Both the position numbers and the translations under genes were made by a program. From contig JAYTYM010000065.1 in the NCBI GenBank assembly GCA_043742365.1, positions 11,909-35,908 of the forward strand: a stretch of DNA of 24,000 nucleotides, given 5' to 3'. This DNA comes from a bacterium. GTDB taxonomy: Bacteria; Patescibacteriota; Minisyncoccia; Phycocordibacterales; UBA6899. Positions 15,409 through 22,844 of this stretch are shown here, one piece after another (position 1 is the stretch's first letter; each line of letters starts with the position of its first letter). The notes under the pieces were generated by a model. That model saw only the letters and a program-made list of their open reading frames with translations, searched no databases and was not told where the DNA came from.

Positions 15409-15481
15409 TGGGCGATAGAGGATTCGAACCTCTGACCTTCGCTGTGTAAAAGCGCTGCTCTACCAACTGAGCTAATCGCCC
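15409..15481 (-). tRNA. tRNA-Val (anticodon UAC)
   Basis: Reverse complement is GGGCGAT-TA-GCTC-AGTTGGTA-GAGC-A-GCGCT-TTTACAC-AGCGA-AGGTC-AGAGG-TTCGAAT-CCTCT-ATCGCCC-A. Confidence 0.93.
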
Positions 15482-15653
15482 TAAGACGGCTCATTACCCG
15501 AACTTCCTTGGTAATCTCAGTACAATAGAACATTTTATCGACATACGCAATAATTTGCGCTAATGTGGCATAAACTCCTCGTCAGGTAAATGGCATATGA
15601 AAAGCTACAAGCCAGACGGAAATAAAGCGAGTGTTGATCAATTTGAGTACTAC

Positions 15654-15725
15654 CTCCCCGTAGTTCAATGGATAGAACGAAAGCCTTCTAAGCTTTAGAT
15701 CTAAGTTCGATTCTTAGCGGGGGGA
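15654..15725 (+). tRNA. tRNA-Arg (anticodon UCU)
   Basis: CTCCCCG-TA-GTTC-AATGGATA-GAAC-G-AAAGC-CTTCTAA-GCTTT-AGAT-CTAAG-TTCGATT-CTTAG-CGGGGGG-A. The first base pair is C1:G72, which is unusual. Confidence 0.85.
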
Positions 15726-15733
15726 TCAAGAGT

Positions 15734-15762
15734 AAAAAAAATCTGCCCTGCGGCAGATTTTT
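15734..15762 (+). terminator. Intrinsic terminator after tRNA-Arg(UCU)
   Basis: An A-run, then ATCTGCC-ctgc-GGCAGAT, then TTTTT. Confidence 0.7.
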
Positions 15763-15780
15763 AGCTTGATCCGGCCGGAG

Positions 15781-15905
15781 TGATGTTGCGAGTCCTCGAG
15801 AAACCACGAGGCGAGGTCACGAGCACTTAACAGAATTCAAGCGCAGCGAAGAATTATGTTTAGTGACTTGGGGCACTATGCGAAGTTCAATGCCAAGGTA
15901 TCATG
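15781..15905. repeat. Family-B repeat copy downstream of tRNA-Arg(UCU)
   Basis: ggtcacgagcactta / gcgcagcgaa / ttagtgacttg / ggcactatgcgaa / ccaaggt parallel ggtcgcaagtactta / gcgaagcgaa / ttagtaacttg / ggcactttcgcga / ccttggt at 20595-20682, in the same order. Confidence 0.45.
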
Positions 15906-15948
15906 CATCGGTCCTGAGCTGTGGTAGTAGGATATTATTATGATGATT

Positions 15949-16329
15949 CTAGCTATATTTTTTTGGTAGAATAACGCCAGCTTTCCTGCATATCTCTACG
16001 TTCTCCTTTGTTGTCCACCAATTTTTAGGATCATTTTTTGAGTTTTCCAAGTCTACTAAGCACGTATCCTTGCAATACGGAGTGTCATGGTTTATTTTTT
16101 TTACTAAAGCATCATCAATATCAGTACCTCCCAATTTTTTTACTAATTCAGGTGTTATCTCTTCCATTTTACACCGAGACGATTCGGAGGTATTTGTTGT
16201 GGTCACATTGGGTTGCGACGAGGTACGATTATCAGCTTGTTTTGAGCTGAGCAGTATCAAAACACCAATAATAAATATCAGTCCTACCCCCACGACAACT
16301 ACTGGGCGCCCCATCCAACTAGACCCCAT
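15949..16329 (-). CDS. Small membrane-anchored, Cys-containing exported protein (hypothetical)
   Basis: 126-aa ORF with N-terminal TM helix VVVVGVGLIFIIGVLILL, a Ser/Thr-rich linker and a C-terminal region with 4 Cys. Confidence 0.5.
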   Translation of the reverse strand: MGSSWMGRPVVVVGVGLIFIIGVLILLSSKQADNRTSSQPNVTTTNTSESSRCKMEEITPELVKKLGGTDIDDALVKKINHDTPYCKDTCLVDLENSKNDPKNWWTTKENVEICRKAGVILPKKYS

Positions 16330-16462
16330 CGTTTCACTAAAGAATCCAACTAAGAATAACCCAAAAAAATCAGCCCAATAATAATCATATTCATTTATTG
16401 TATCATTCCGCCAATATTTTTAGTGATTTCTCAGGCCATTTCCAAGGCAACGTATAAAAAAC

Positions 16463-16620
16463 TGCCACCCGAAATTTTGGGTGACATGTATTGGTTGCGG
16501 CGTGACCCCGGTTTACAGGTCGTACGCTCGAAAGCGTTAATCAAGGTTTCCCTTGAGCCCCGGCAACATTAGCCGGTCCGTGTTCTCAGTCTGCTTCACC
16601 GCAATCAGAAGATGCAATTT
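16463..16620 (-). ncRNA. Candidate structured small RNA with its own terminator (family unknown)
   Basis: A GC-rich block lies in a 400-bp intergenic gap. On the minus strand, closing stem GATTGCGG/CCGCAACC encloses three hairpins (CCGGC..GCCGG, CAAGG-gaaa-CCTTG, ACGCT-ttcg-AGCGT). It is followed by CACCC-aaaatttc-GGGTG and GCAGTTTTTT. Confidence 0.35.
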
Positions 16621-16727
16621 GCTTGTATACTCAGATTGCGAAAATGCGAACCTCACTAAGGATAGTATACACCTTTTTCAATAAATGTCAAGACACCAGA
16701 GGAGCTTACTCCCATTAAAATATAACC

Positions 16728-17006
16728 ATGAACAAGCGCATTGAATGTCAGATAACAGGTCGTGTGCAAATGGTCATGTATAGAGATTTTGCCTGCCGCA
16801 AAGCAAGAAAGTTGGGCTTACAAGGAGTAGTAAAAAATAATGCCGACGGATCGGTCACGGTAATCGCCGAGGGCGAAGAAGTAACACTTGCGAAATATGT
16901 AGAATTCTTGAATCGAGGTCCTGTACTTGCGCATGTGGAGCATGTGGGAACGATATGGGGTGATGAAAAAAGAGAATTTTCCGAGTTTATCATCGCATAC
17001 AAATAG
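16728..17006 (+). CDS. acyP: Acylphosphatase
   Basis: 92 aa. ITGRVQMVMYRDFACRKARKLGLQGVVKNNADGSVTVIAEGEE matches the acylphosphatase signature (GxVQGVxFR, G.V.N..DGSV). Confidence 0.88.
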   Translation: MNKRIECQITGRVQMVMYRDFACRKARKLGLQGVVKNNADGSVTVIAEGEEVTLAKYVEFLNRGPVLAHVEHVGTIWGDEKREFSEFIIAYK

Positions 17007-17009
17007 GAC

Positions 17010-18329
17010 ATGAAATCACCAAAGACAAACTCCACAGATACATATGACTGCGACGTGCTCATCTTGGGTGCAGGAATTTCTGGACTTTCGGCTGCACACG
17101 AATTAAAGAAAAAAAAGTTTTCTGTAAAAATACTTGAAGCGCGGGGCAGAATAGGAGGGAGAGTCTGGAGCGCCCCGCTTGGCGAGGGTCTTGTTGGGGA
17201 ATATGGCGCTGAGTGGATAGGCAGTACTCATACGCAAATGCGCAAATTCGCAAAAGAATTTGGACTCACACTTTTGGCTCACACATTTACTGAATATGAA
17301 CTCATGTTTGAGGGAGAAAACACCCCTGATCCTGCACTTAAAAGTGCGCTAATAAAGCTCGAGCAGGTTTTGTCGAAATGGAAAGATGTGGACAAAAAGA
17401 ATTTTGCAAAACTCGACAGTATGAGTTTGTGGAAATTTCTCTCAGCAAGTGTTACGGCCAAGGAGATGAAGGTGTTAAATGAGATATATAGCGAAGAATT
17501 CGGACAGGATATTCGTTATGTCTCGGCAGTGCGTGCAGTTTCCGATCATCTCACTGGGGGAAAAAATACACACATGGATTTTCGTGTAAAAGGAGGAAAC
17601 ACCCGCCTAGTCGAAGCGCTGGCAAAACATATTGGCAAAAAAAATATCCTATTGAATAGCGAAGTTTTACGCATTACCCAAGATCGTGGTAACGTCTTTG
17701 TTGAGTGTAGTAATGGAGCACGATATAGTGCAAAAAAAATAATCTGTACCCTTCCAACACAAGTCATAGCGCGCACTCACTTTTCTCCAACCATGAGTGT
17801 GGGCATGCGCAGTGTTGCGCGCAATCTCAAGTACGGACATATTTTAAAAACCATCCTTCTGTTCCCTGAACGCTTCTGGGGCAGAGAAGATTTTTCGCAG
17901 CTCTCAACGGGGTTAACCCAATACACTTTTCATGCCACTCAAGGTCAACGCGGAAAGAATGGTGCTCTGTGTATTTATGCGGTAGGCAAGAGAGCAGATA
18001 AGCTGGGTAAGATGAGCATGCATGGCGTATGGGCCGAGCTTAAAAAAACATTTCCCAAGCACATCAACATAAAGGGGATAAAGCCAATTAAAATGTGGAG
18101 ACACTCATGGCGCAATGACCGCTTTGTTCTGGGCGCGTATGCAGTGTATCAACCGAAAGAGTGGGCGCGCGTACAACGTTATTTTACGAAACCTTATGGA
18201 CATATTCATTTTGCGGGAGAATACTTAGCGGAAATGCAGGGCTTTATGGAAGGTGCGGCACGCTCAGGAATCGATGAAGCAAAGAAAGTCACAAAAGAGA
18301 TAAAAACGAATAAGAAAGTTAAAACATGA
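17010..18329 (+). CDS. FAD-dependent amine oxidase family oxidoreductase
   Basis: Dinucleotide-binding motif DVLILGAGISGLSAAHEL..ILEARGRIGGR is present, and the C-terminal HFAGEY..GFMEGAARSG is typical of flavin amine oxidases. Confidence 0.8.
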   Translation: MKSPKTNSTDTYDCDVLILGAGISGLSAAHELKKKKFSVKILEARGRIGGRVWSAPLGEGLVGEYGAEWIGSTHTQMRKFAKEFGLTLLAHTFTEYELMFEGENTPDPALKSALIKLEQVLSKWKDVDKKNFAKLDSMSLWKFLSASVTAKEMKVLNEIYSEEFGQDIRYVSAVRAVSDHLTGGKNTHMDFRVKGGNTRLVEALAKHIGKKNILLNSEVLRITQDRGNVFVECSNGARYSAKKIICTLPTQVIARTHFSPTMSVGMRSVARNLKYGHILKTILLFPERFWGREDFSQLSTGLTQYTFHATQGQRGKNGALCIYAVGKRADKLGKMSMHGVWAELKKTFPKHINIKGIKPIKMWRHSWRNDRFVLGAYAVYQPKEWARVQRYFTKPYGHIHFAGEYLAEMQGFMEGAARSGIDEAKKVTKEIKTNKKVKT

Positions 18330-19036
18330 ACGCGAAACCACATATTAAAGATCAAAAACAAGTAATTCCGCTTTCAGTCGGCATCATTATGGACGGTAAT
18401 CGTCGCTGGGCCATGAGCAAGGGGCTGCCAACGCTTGAGGGTCACCGCGTCGGATACGAAAAACTTCGCGATGTACTTTTGTGGTGTAAGGAGTTTGGTG
18501 TAGCAAATGTGATGGTCTACGCATTTTCTACTGAGAATTGGAACCGCACAAAAGAGGAGGTGAGTTATCTCATGGATCTTTTTCGGAACATCATCACAGA
18601 TATGATAGTGGAGTCGCTTGAAAGAGATACACGACTAATTTTTCTTAGGCAACGCAATCGTTTGGATGACGACATTATTGCAATGATGAACGATGCAGAA
18701 GCAAAAACCCGCCACTGCTCCTCTCTTACACTCGGCATTGCTCTTTCATACGGGGGACGCAGTGAGATAATCGACGCCATTCACCGAATACCCAAAGACC
18801 GTATCGACACGATCACCGAAGAAGAATTTGCAAAATTGCTTTGGACGCATGAGATCCCTGACCCTGATCTTATTATTCGTACGAGTGGTGAAGCGCGACT
18901 CTCAAACTTTCTTCCATGGCAAAGTGCATATAGTGAATTATTTTTTACTAAAACACTTTGGCCTGACTTTACGCGCGAAGAGTTCAAACGTATCCTAGAT
19001 GAATATGGACAACGACAGCGTCGCTTCGGCACTTAA
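18326..19036 (+). CDS. uppS: Undecaprenyl diphosphate synthase
   Basis: Motifs are GIIMDGNRRWA, YAFSTENWNR, RTSGEARLSNFLPWQSAYSELFF. Confidence 0.92.
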   Translation: MNAKPHIKDQKQVIPLSVGIIMDGNRRWAMSKGLPTLEGHRVGYEKLRDVLLWCKEFGVANVMVYAFSTENWNRTKEEVSYLMDLFRNIITDMIVESLERDTRLIFLRQRNRLDDDIIAMMNDAEAKTRHCSSLTLGIALSYGGRSEIIDAIHRIPKDRIDTITEEEFAKLLWTHEIPDPDLIIRTSGEARLSNFLPWQSAYSELFFTKTLWPDFTREEFKRILDEYGQRQRRFGT

Positions 19037-19748
19037 TAAGCAAATCGCGATAATTTATGAAGATGATGATGTGTTTGCAGTCAATAAACCTGCAGGACTT
19101 GTTGTTCATGCCGATGGTAGAACTATCGAGTCTACGCTTTCGGATTGGGTGCTAGAAAAATATCCGAAACTTAAAGATGTCGGCGGTATGCATACACTCG
19201 ACTCAGGGCGTTATGCCCCACGTGCGGGCATTTTGCATAGGCTCGATCGCGAAACATCCGGAGTGATACTTATCGCAAGGAACGACGAGGCATTTTATTA
19301 TATTCAACGACAATTTCTGGATCACTCGATAAAGAAAATCTACAACGCCTTTGTGAGCGGAACACCTGAGCCTGAAGCAGGAGTGATCGATCTTGCAATC
19401 GGTAGAAGTAGGACTGATTACAGACAGTGGACGACGGGGGTGCTCGCGCGCGGAACCTTACGCAAGGCGCTCACGCACTACAAGGTCGAACATGCTGCTA
19501 AGGGATATGCATATCTTACCCTTTCTCCCGAAACTGGCCGCACGCACCAGTTGCGGGTGCACATGAAAGCGCTCGGTTACCCAATACTCTGTGACAGTCG
19601 TTACGAAAGTCCATCTGGCCTTGGTTTTACGCGTCTCGCCCTGCATGCAAGCGAGCTCACTTTTGAAAATACGAGGCACCATAAGCTCACTATTGAAGCT
19701 CCCTTACCGACTGATTTCCTGCTTGCCTTAGGTGAAATATCAAAATAA
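18999..19748 (+). CDS. RluA-family pseudouridine synthase (no S4 domain)
   Basis: Catalytic motif HRLDRETSGVILIARN is present, along with GRTHQLRVH. It overlaps the uppS 3' end by 38 nt. Confidence 0.85.
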   Translation: MNMDNDSVASALNKQIAIIYEDDDVFAVNKPAGLVVHADGRTIESTLSDWVLEKYPKLKDVGGMHTLDSGRYAPRAGILHRLDRETSGVILIARNDEAFYYIQRQFLDHSIKKIYNAFVSGTPEPEAGVIDLAIGRSRTDYRQWTTGVLARGTLRKALTHYKVEHAAKGYAYLTLSPETGRTHQLRVHMKALGYPILCDSRYESPSGLGFTRLALHASELTFENTRHHKLTIEAPLPTDFLLALGEISK

Positions 19749-19848
19749 TCCTTAATTTTGAGGGATAAAAGGAAATATTCGCATTTTCTTGCAAAATGAA
19801 AGGGGGTATGTTAGATTTCGGTCTACATTCAATACAAGTGAAAACCCT

Positions 19849-20301
19849 ATGAATACGACACTACACAGCATGATCAAACTTTCTCCAGTCAATATGGAGG
19901 CACGCCAGAAACTTGAGTTTCGTGCGGGTGACACGGTGCGCGTATGGGTGAAGGTCCTCGAAGATGCAGAAAAGAAGAAGTATCGCCTTCAGGCATTCGA
20001 AGGGCTCGTACTTGCTCGCAAGCATGGCTCAGAACCAGGCGCTACTATCACTGTACGCAAGGTTGCAAGTGGTGTCGGGGTTGAGCGTGTATTTCCTTTG
20101 TATTCCCCAATGATCGACAAGATAGAGCTGGTAAAGCGTTCGATGGTTCGCCGCGCCAAACTCTACTATGTCCGCGAGAAAGCAGTCCGCGATGTCCGCC
20201 GCAAGATGAAACAGACGCGCATGGGTGGAGGTTCCACAAAAGATTTCGAAGAAACTCACGTTCCAGTCGTTTCCGAAGATGAGACAAAAACCGAAGCATA
20301 A
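19849..20301 (+). CDS. rplS: 50S ribosomal protein L19 with an acidic C-terminal extension
   Basis: [81 protein letters not shown]. The start is uncertain (19849, 19870 or 19789). Confidence 0.88.
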   Translation: MNTTLHSMIKLSPVNMEARQKLEFRAGDTVRVWVKVLEDAEKKKYRLQAFEGLVLARKHGSEPGATITVRKVASGVGVERVFPLYSPMIDKIELVKRSMVRRAKLYYVREKAVRDVRRKMKQTRMGGGSTKDFEETHVPVVSEDETKTEA

Positions 20302-20394
20302 ACCAAACGATCCGCTACCAAGGCGGGTCTTTTGTTTAACACGCATTACCACTTGATACTTATACAAATATTGTCTATAGTAGGTGACACACAA

Positions 20395-20478
20395 GCCCAG
20401 GTGGCGAAATTGGTAGACGCACTACCTTGAGGTGGTAGCGCCCGCAAGGGCATGGAGGTTCAAGTCCTCTCTTGGGCA
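20395..20478 (+). tRNA. tRNA-Leu (anticodon GAG), long variable arm
   Basis: Acceptor GCCCAGG/CTTGGGC, anticodon arm CTACC-TTGAGGT-GGTAG, variable arm CGCCCGCAAGGGCAT, T arm GGAGGTTCAAGTCCTCT. Confidence 0.92.
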
Positions 20479-20525
20479 CAATATGACCGCACAAATGCAA
20501 AGCATTTGTGCGGTTTCATATTGTA
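20479..20525. terminator. Long palindromic hairpin after tRNA-Leu(GAG)
   Basis: caatatgaccgcacaaatgc-aaa-gcatttgtgcggtttcatattg, with a small bulge. The palindrome continues outward into the tRNA 3' end and its inverted copy at 20526-20548. Confidence 0.65.
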
Positions 20526-21121
20526 GCCCAAGAGAGGACTTGAAAGACGGAGGCGGTCTACGATTTCGCTTTGCGAAATTGTCGCCGAGTCGGGGTCGCA
20601 AGTACTTATGAGCGAAGCGAATTAGTAACTTGTGACCAAGTCCTCTACAGGCACTTTCGCGAGAGGACTTGAAAACCTTGGTGCGACCAAATTTTTCTTT
20701 GATGTCCTCATCTTAGAAAAATTGAAGTACTCTTGTGGTGATGTTTTGGCTTTGCAAAACCACCAAGGTGTACCGTCCCCGTAGGGGAAAAGTCCTAACT
20801 TGAAAGACGGAGCCTATGTTTCGCCAGCGACCAAAAACTCTTGAGCGTAGCGATTAGAGATTTGAAGTACTCCTGTGGTGCATGCGAAACCGCGAGCGAC
20901 ATTATTTGCTTATGAGCTAGCGAATTTAGCAAATAAGACGTGCCTGTGGCGCGGGGTCGCAGAAATTTCTGAGCGACCAAAAGTATGCGACCAGAGTGAG
21001 ATAAAATTGGAAGCACTCTTTGTGGTGTGGCGACAAAAAAATATCACTACAAGAGTACTTCCAAATTTCAGTACTCGAGGACACGATGAAGTTTTAGGTC
21101 GCTGTGACAAAGTCCTCCACA
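20526..21121. repeat. Series of three tRNA-Leu(GAG)-linked modules (families A and B), each ending in a copy of the T-arm 3' half
   Basis: AAGTCCT(C/A) occurs at 20462 (the tRNA), 20638, 20790 and 21110. The inverted tRNA end tagcccaagagaggacttgaa is at 20526. The 15-mer acttgaaagacggag is at 20538 and 20798. gcgaccaaa..ttgaagtactcYtgtggtg recurs with a period of about 145 bp. Confidence 0.6.
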
Positions 21122-21145
21122 AAAAAAGACCCGCATCGCGGGTCT
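21120..21145 (-). terminator. Intrinsic terminator of the gam-like gene
   Basis: AGACCCGC-atc-GCGGGTCT. On the minus strand it is followed by TTTTTTT. Confidence 0.7.
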
Positions 21146-21149
21146 ATAA

Positions 21150-21671
21150 CTATTCACTGACTACAGTTACAAATTCAACTGCCGTCTTTGGTTCCACAAA
21201 GAACTTTTCTGTTTGTGTATAGCGAACTCCTTGAATCTGCGGCTTTTCTTTTAATAGCGCTTCTTTGTCGATGGATTCTATGTTGCGGATATATTTCGTC
21301 AGCTCAAGACTCTTGAGAATGTCTAGGATCTTTTCATCGCCGCCACGTCCGGCAGTCACCTTAGGCGGAGTCAGTCTCCACCCGAATATCCCCGAAGAAA
21401 GAGTGACTGTTTTCTTGTCGGCAGCAAGTAATTCTTGCCGATGCTTCACTGCGAATAGTTTGATATTCACTACATGATTTGCAGTTTGTGCCTGAAGTGG
21501 TTTTATCGCCGCATCTGCTTCTTGGCGCAATGTCGCAACTTTTTCTGCAAGTTCGCGTTCGATAGTTTCGGTTGAGCGTACCAGAATACCCACAATGTGT
21601 AGGACGCCATTTGCCTCATCGATGTTTTGTATAGGATGAATAGGGGTCGATTTTTTTGCTCGGCTCATCAT
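21150..21671 (-). CDS. gam: Phage Mu Gam-like host-nuclease inhibitor (DNA-end-binding) protein
   Basis: 173 aa. The segment GIFGWRLTPPKVTAGRGGDEKILDILKSLELTKYIRNIESIDKEALLKEKP parallels Mu Gam GDVSWRVRPPSVSIRGMDAVMETLERLGLQRFIRTKQEINKEAILLEP (recalled from memory). The N-terminal half is coiled-coil. Confidence 0.8.
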   Translation of the reverse strand: MMSRAKKSTPIHPIQNIDEANGVLHIVGILVRSTETIERELAEKVATLRQEADAAIKPLQAQTANHVVNIKLFAVKHRQELLAADKKTVTLSSGIFGWRLTPPKVTAGRGGDEKILDILKSLELTKYIRNIESIDKEALLKEKPQIQGVRYTQTEKFFVEPKTAVEFVTVVSE

Positions 21672-21811
21672 ATGCTCCTCGTCGGAAATTCAAAAGAATA
21701 CTCCATAATGTATATTTGCATACACTAATGATTCTGCCGTGAATTCTCCTTGCACTTTTCACGTTGAAGAGTAGTTTATGTGCAGGCTCTTTTTTATATT
21801 AAGGATGAACA

Positions 21812-22834
21812 ATGGAAACGAACATCGTCTCTCTGCCGCACATCACGCAATACCACGCTTCGATCCAGAATCCACACTTTGACGTTGATCTCGTTACAAC
21901 GAACATTTTTGAAAAGCACGGGCAAGTGATAATGATCGATCCAAGGCGGGTGCAGCCGCTGTCTGATCAGCCTCGCCAAAGCTCGAACCCCGGATTCAGT
22001 CTCGAGTCGATTGCCGCACTTTCGATGTGTATTAGTGCTGAAGGCCAGATCGAACCGGCACTCATTGCTCCGCCGACCAAGTCGGGGTGGGACGCAGCTC
22101 TCGTTGATGGCGAACGCAGGCATCGCGCGTGCCTGCATGGCAACATGATGCTTATGGCGCGCGTTGACTTGAGCATCACGAACCCAGAAGAGCACTTCGT
22201 GAAATCAGTGATGGCCAATTTCCACAGGGAAGGCCATACGTGCATCGAGATCATGTATGCGGTTAAGCGTATGCAGACAACTCGCACGAGAGAGCAGATC
22301 GCTACCGTCTTTGGTCGCTCTGTGCAATGGGTGGATCTACATATCTCGCTCATGCGACTCGACGAAGCGCTACACCCATTTCTTGTCGATCAAGAAGTAG
22401 AGCAAGAGGGTGATGGCACAGGCGAGCAAGTCGAAATCAAAAAGCGAGGTCGCAAGCAAACGGGTAAGCTGACATTTCAGCTCGCTCTTGTTATTTCTGG
22501 TTTGCCCAAAAGCGATCAGATGAATGTCGCCAAGGAGGTGCTTGGTAAACGAATGCCCTACGATGTAGCCCGCAGATACGTATTGCGCTATATCGACGAC
22601 AACGGCATTGTTACGAAATATTCGAAGCGTTCGCCGAGCGAGTCATTTCAGTCGCTTGAAAAAGCGGCTGGTACCGCTGAAAATAAATTTGGTGTTTTCA
22701 TCGACAAGAATCCGCGCACACTTCGTGAACTTTTTGATACTCAGTCCCCGATGGACCGTAGATTGCTTGCAGAAAAGCTCCGACTTCTAAGTGTAGATAT
22801 TTCGTCACTTGCGGATATCCTGTCACCTCAGTGA
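21812..22834 (+). CDS. ParB/Sulfiredoxin N-terminal domain protein with HTH (ParB/KorB-like); no ParA partner
   Basis: A ParB box is present (ALVDGERRHRAC). An HTH-like segment follows (TREQIATVFGRSVQWVDLHISLMRL). Length is 340 aa. It is transcribed divergently from gam. Confidence 0.75.
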   Translation: METNIVSLPHITQYHASIQNPHFDVDLVTTNIFEKHGQVIMIDPRRVQPLSDQPRQSSNPGFSLESIAALSMCISAEGQIEPALIAPPTKSGWDAALVDGERRHRACLHGNMMLMARVDLSITNPEEHFVKSVMANFHREGHTCIEIMYAVKRMQTTRTREQIATVFGRSVQWVDLHISLMRLDEALHPFLVDQEVEQEGDGTGEQVEIKKRGRKQTGKLTFQLALVISGLPKSDQMNVAKEVLGKRMPYDVARRYVLRYIDDNGIVTKYSKRSPSESFQSLEKAAGTAENKFGVFIDKNPRTLRELFDTQSPMDRRLLAEKLRLLSVDISSLADILSPQ

Positions 22835-22844
22835 AAAAATAAAA

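Noticed and set aside
15312-15533. 73-aa minus-strand ORF.
   Set aside because: It runs straight through tRNA-Val, its terminator and the family-A module.
16463-16620. SRP (4.5S) RNA or a TPP riboswitch.
   Set aside because: GTTTACAGGTC...CAAGG and CTGAGA superficially resemble SRP and TPP motifs. However, the conserved GGAAGCAGC / GNRA-symmetric-loop context of SRP is absent, and so is the ACCUGAUCUGGAUAAUGCCAGCG element of TPP riboswitches.
20795-21222. ORFs 20795-21016(-), 20875-21222(+) and 20910-21122(-) in the Leu(GAG) repeat array. The same applies to 9329-9523, 9414-9599, 11443-11691, 22698-23000, 22909-23103 and 23048-23233.
   Set aside because: They lie inside repeats or tRNA genes and overlap each other on both strands. 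They have no start context. Their repeated peptide content simply mirrors the DNA repeats.
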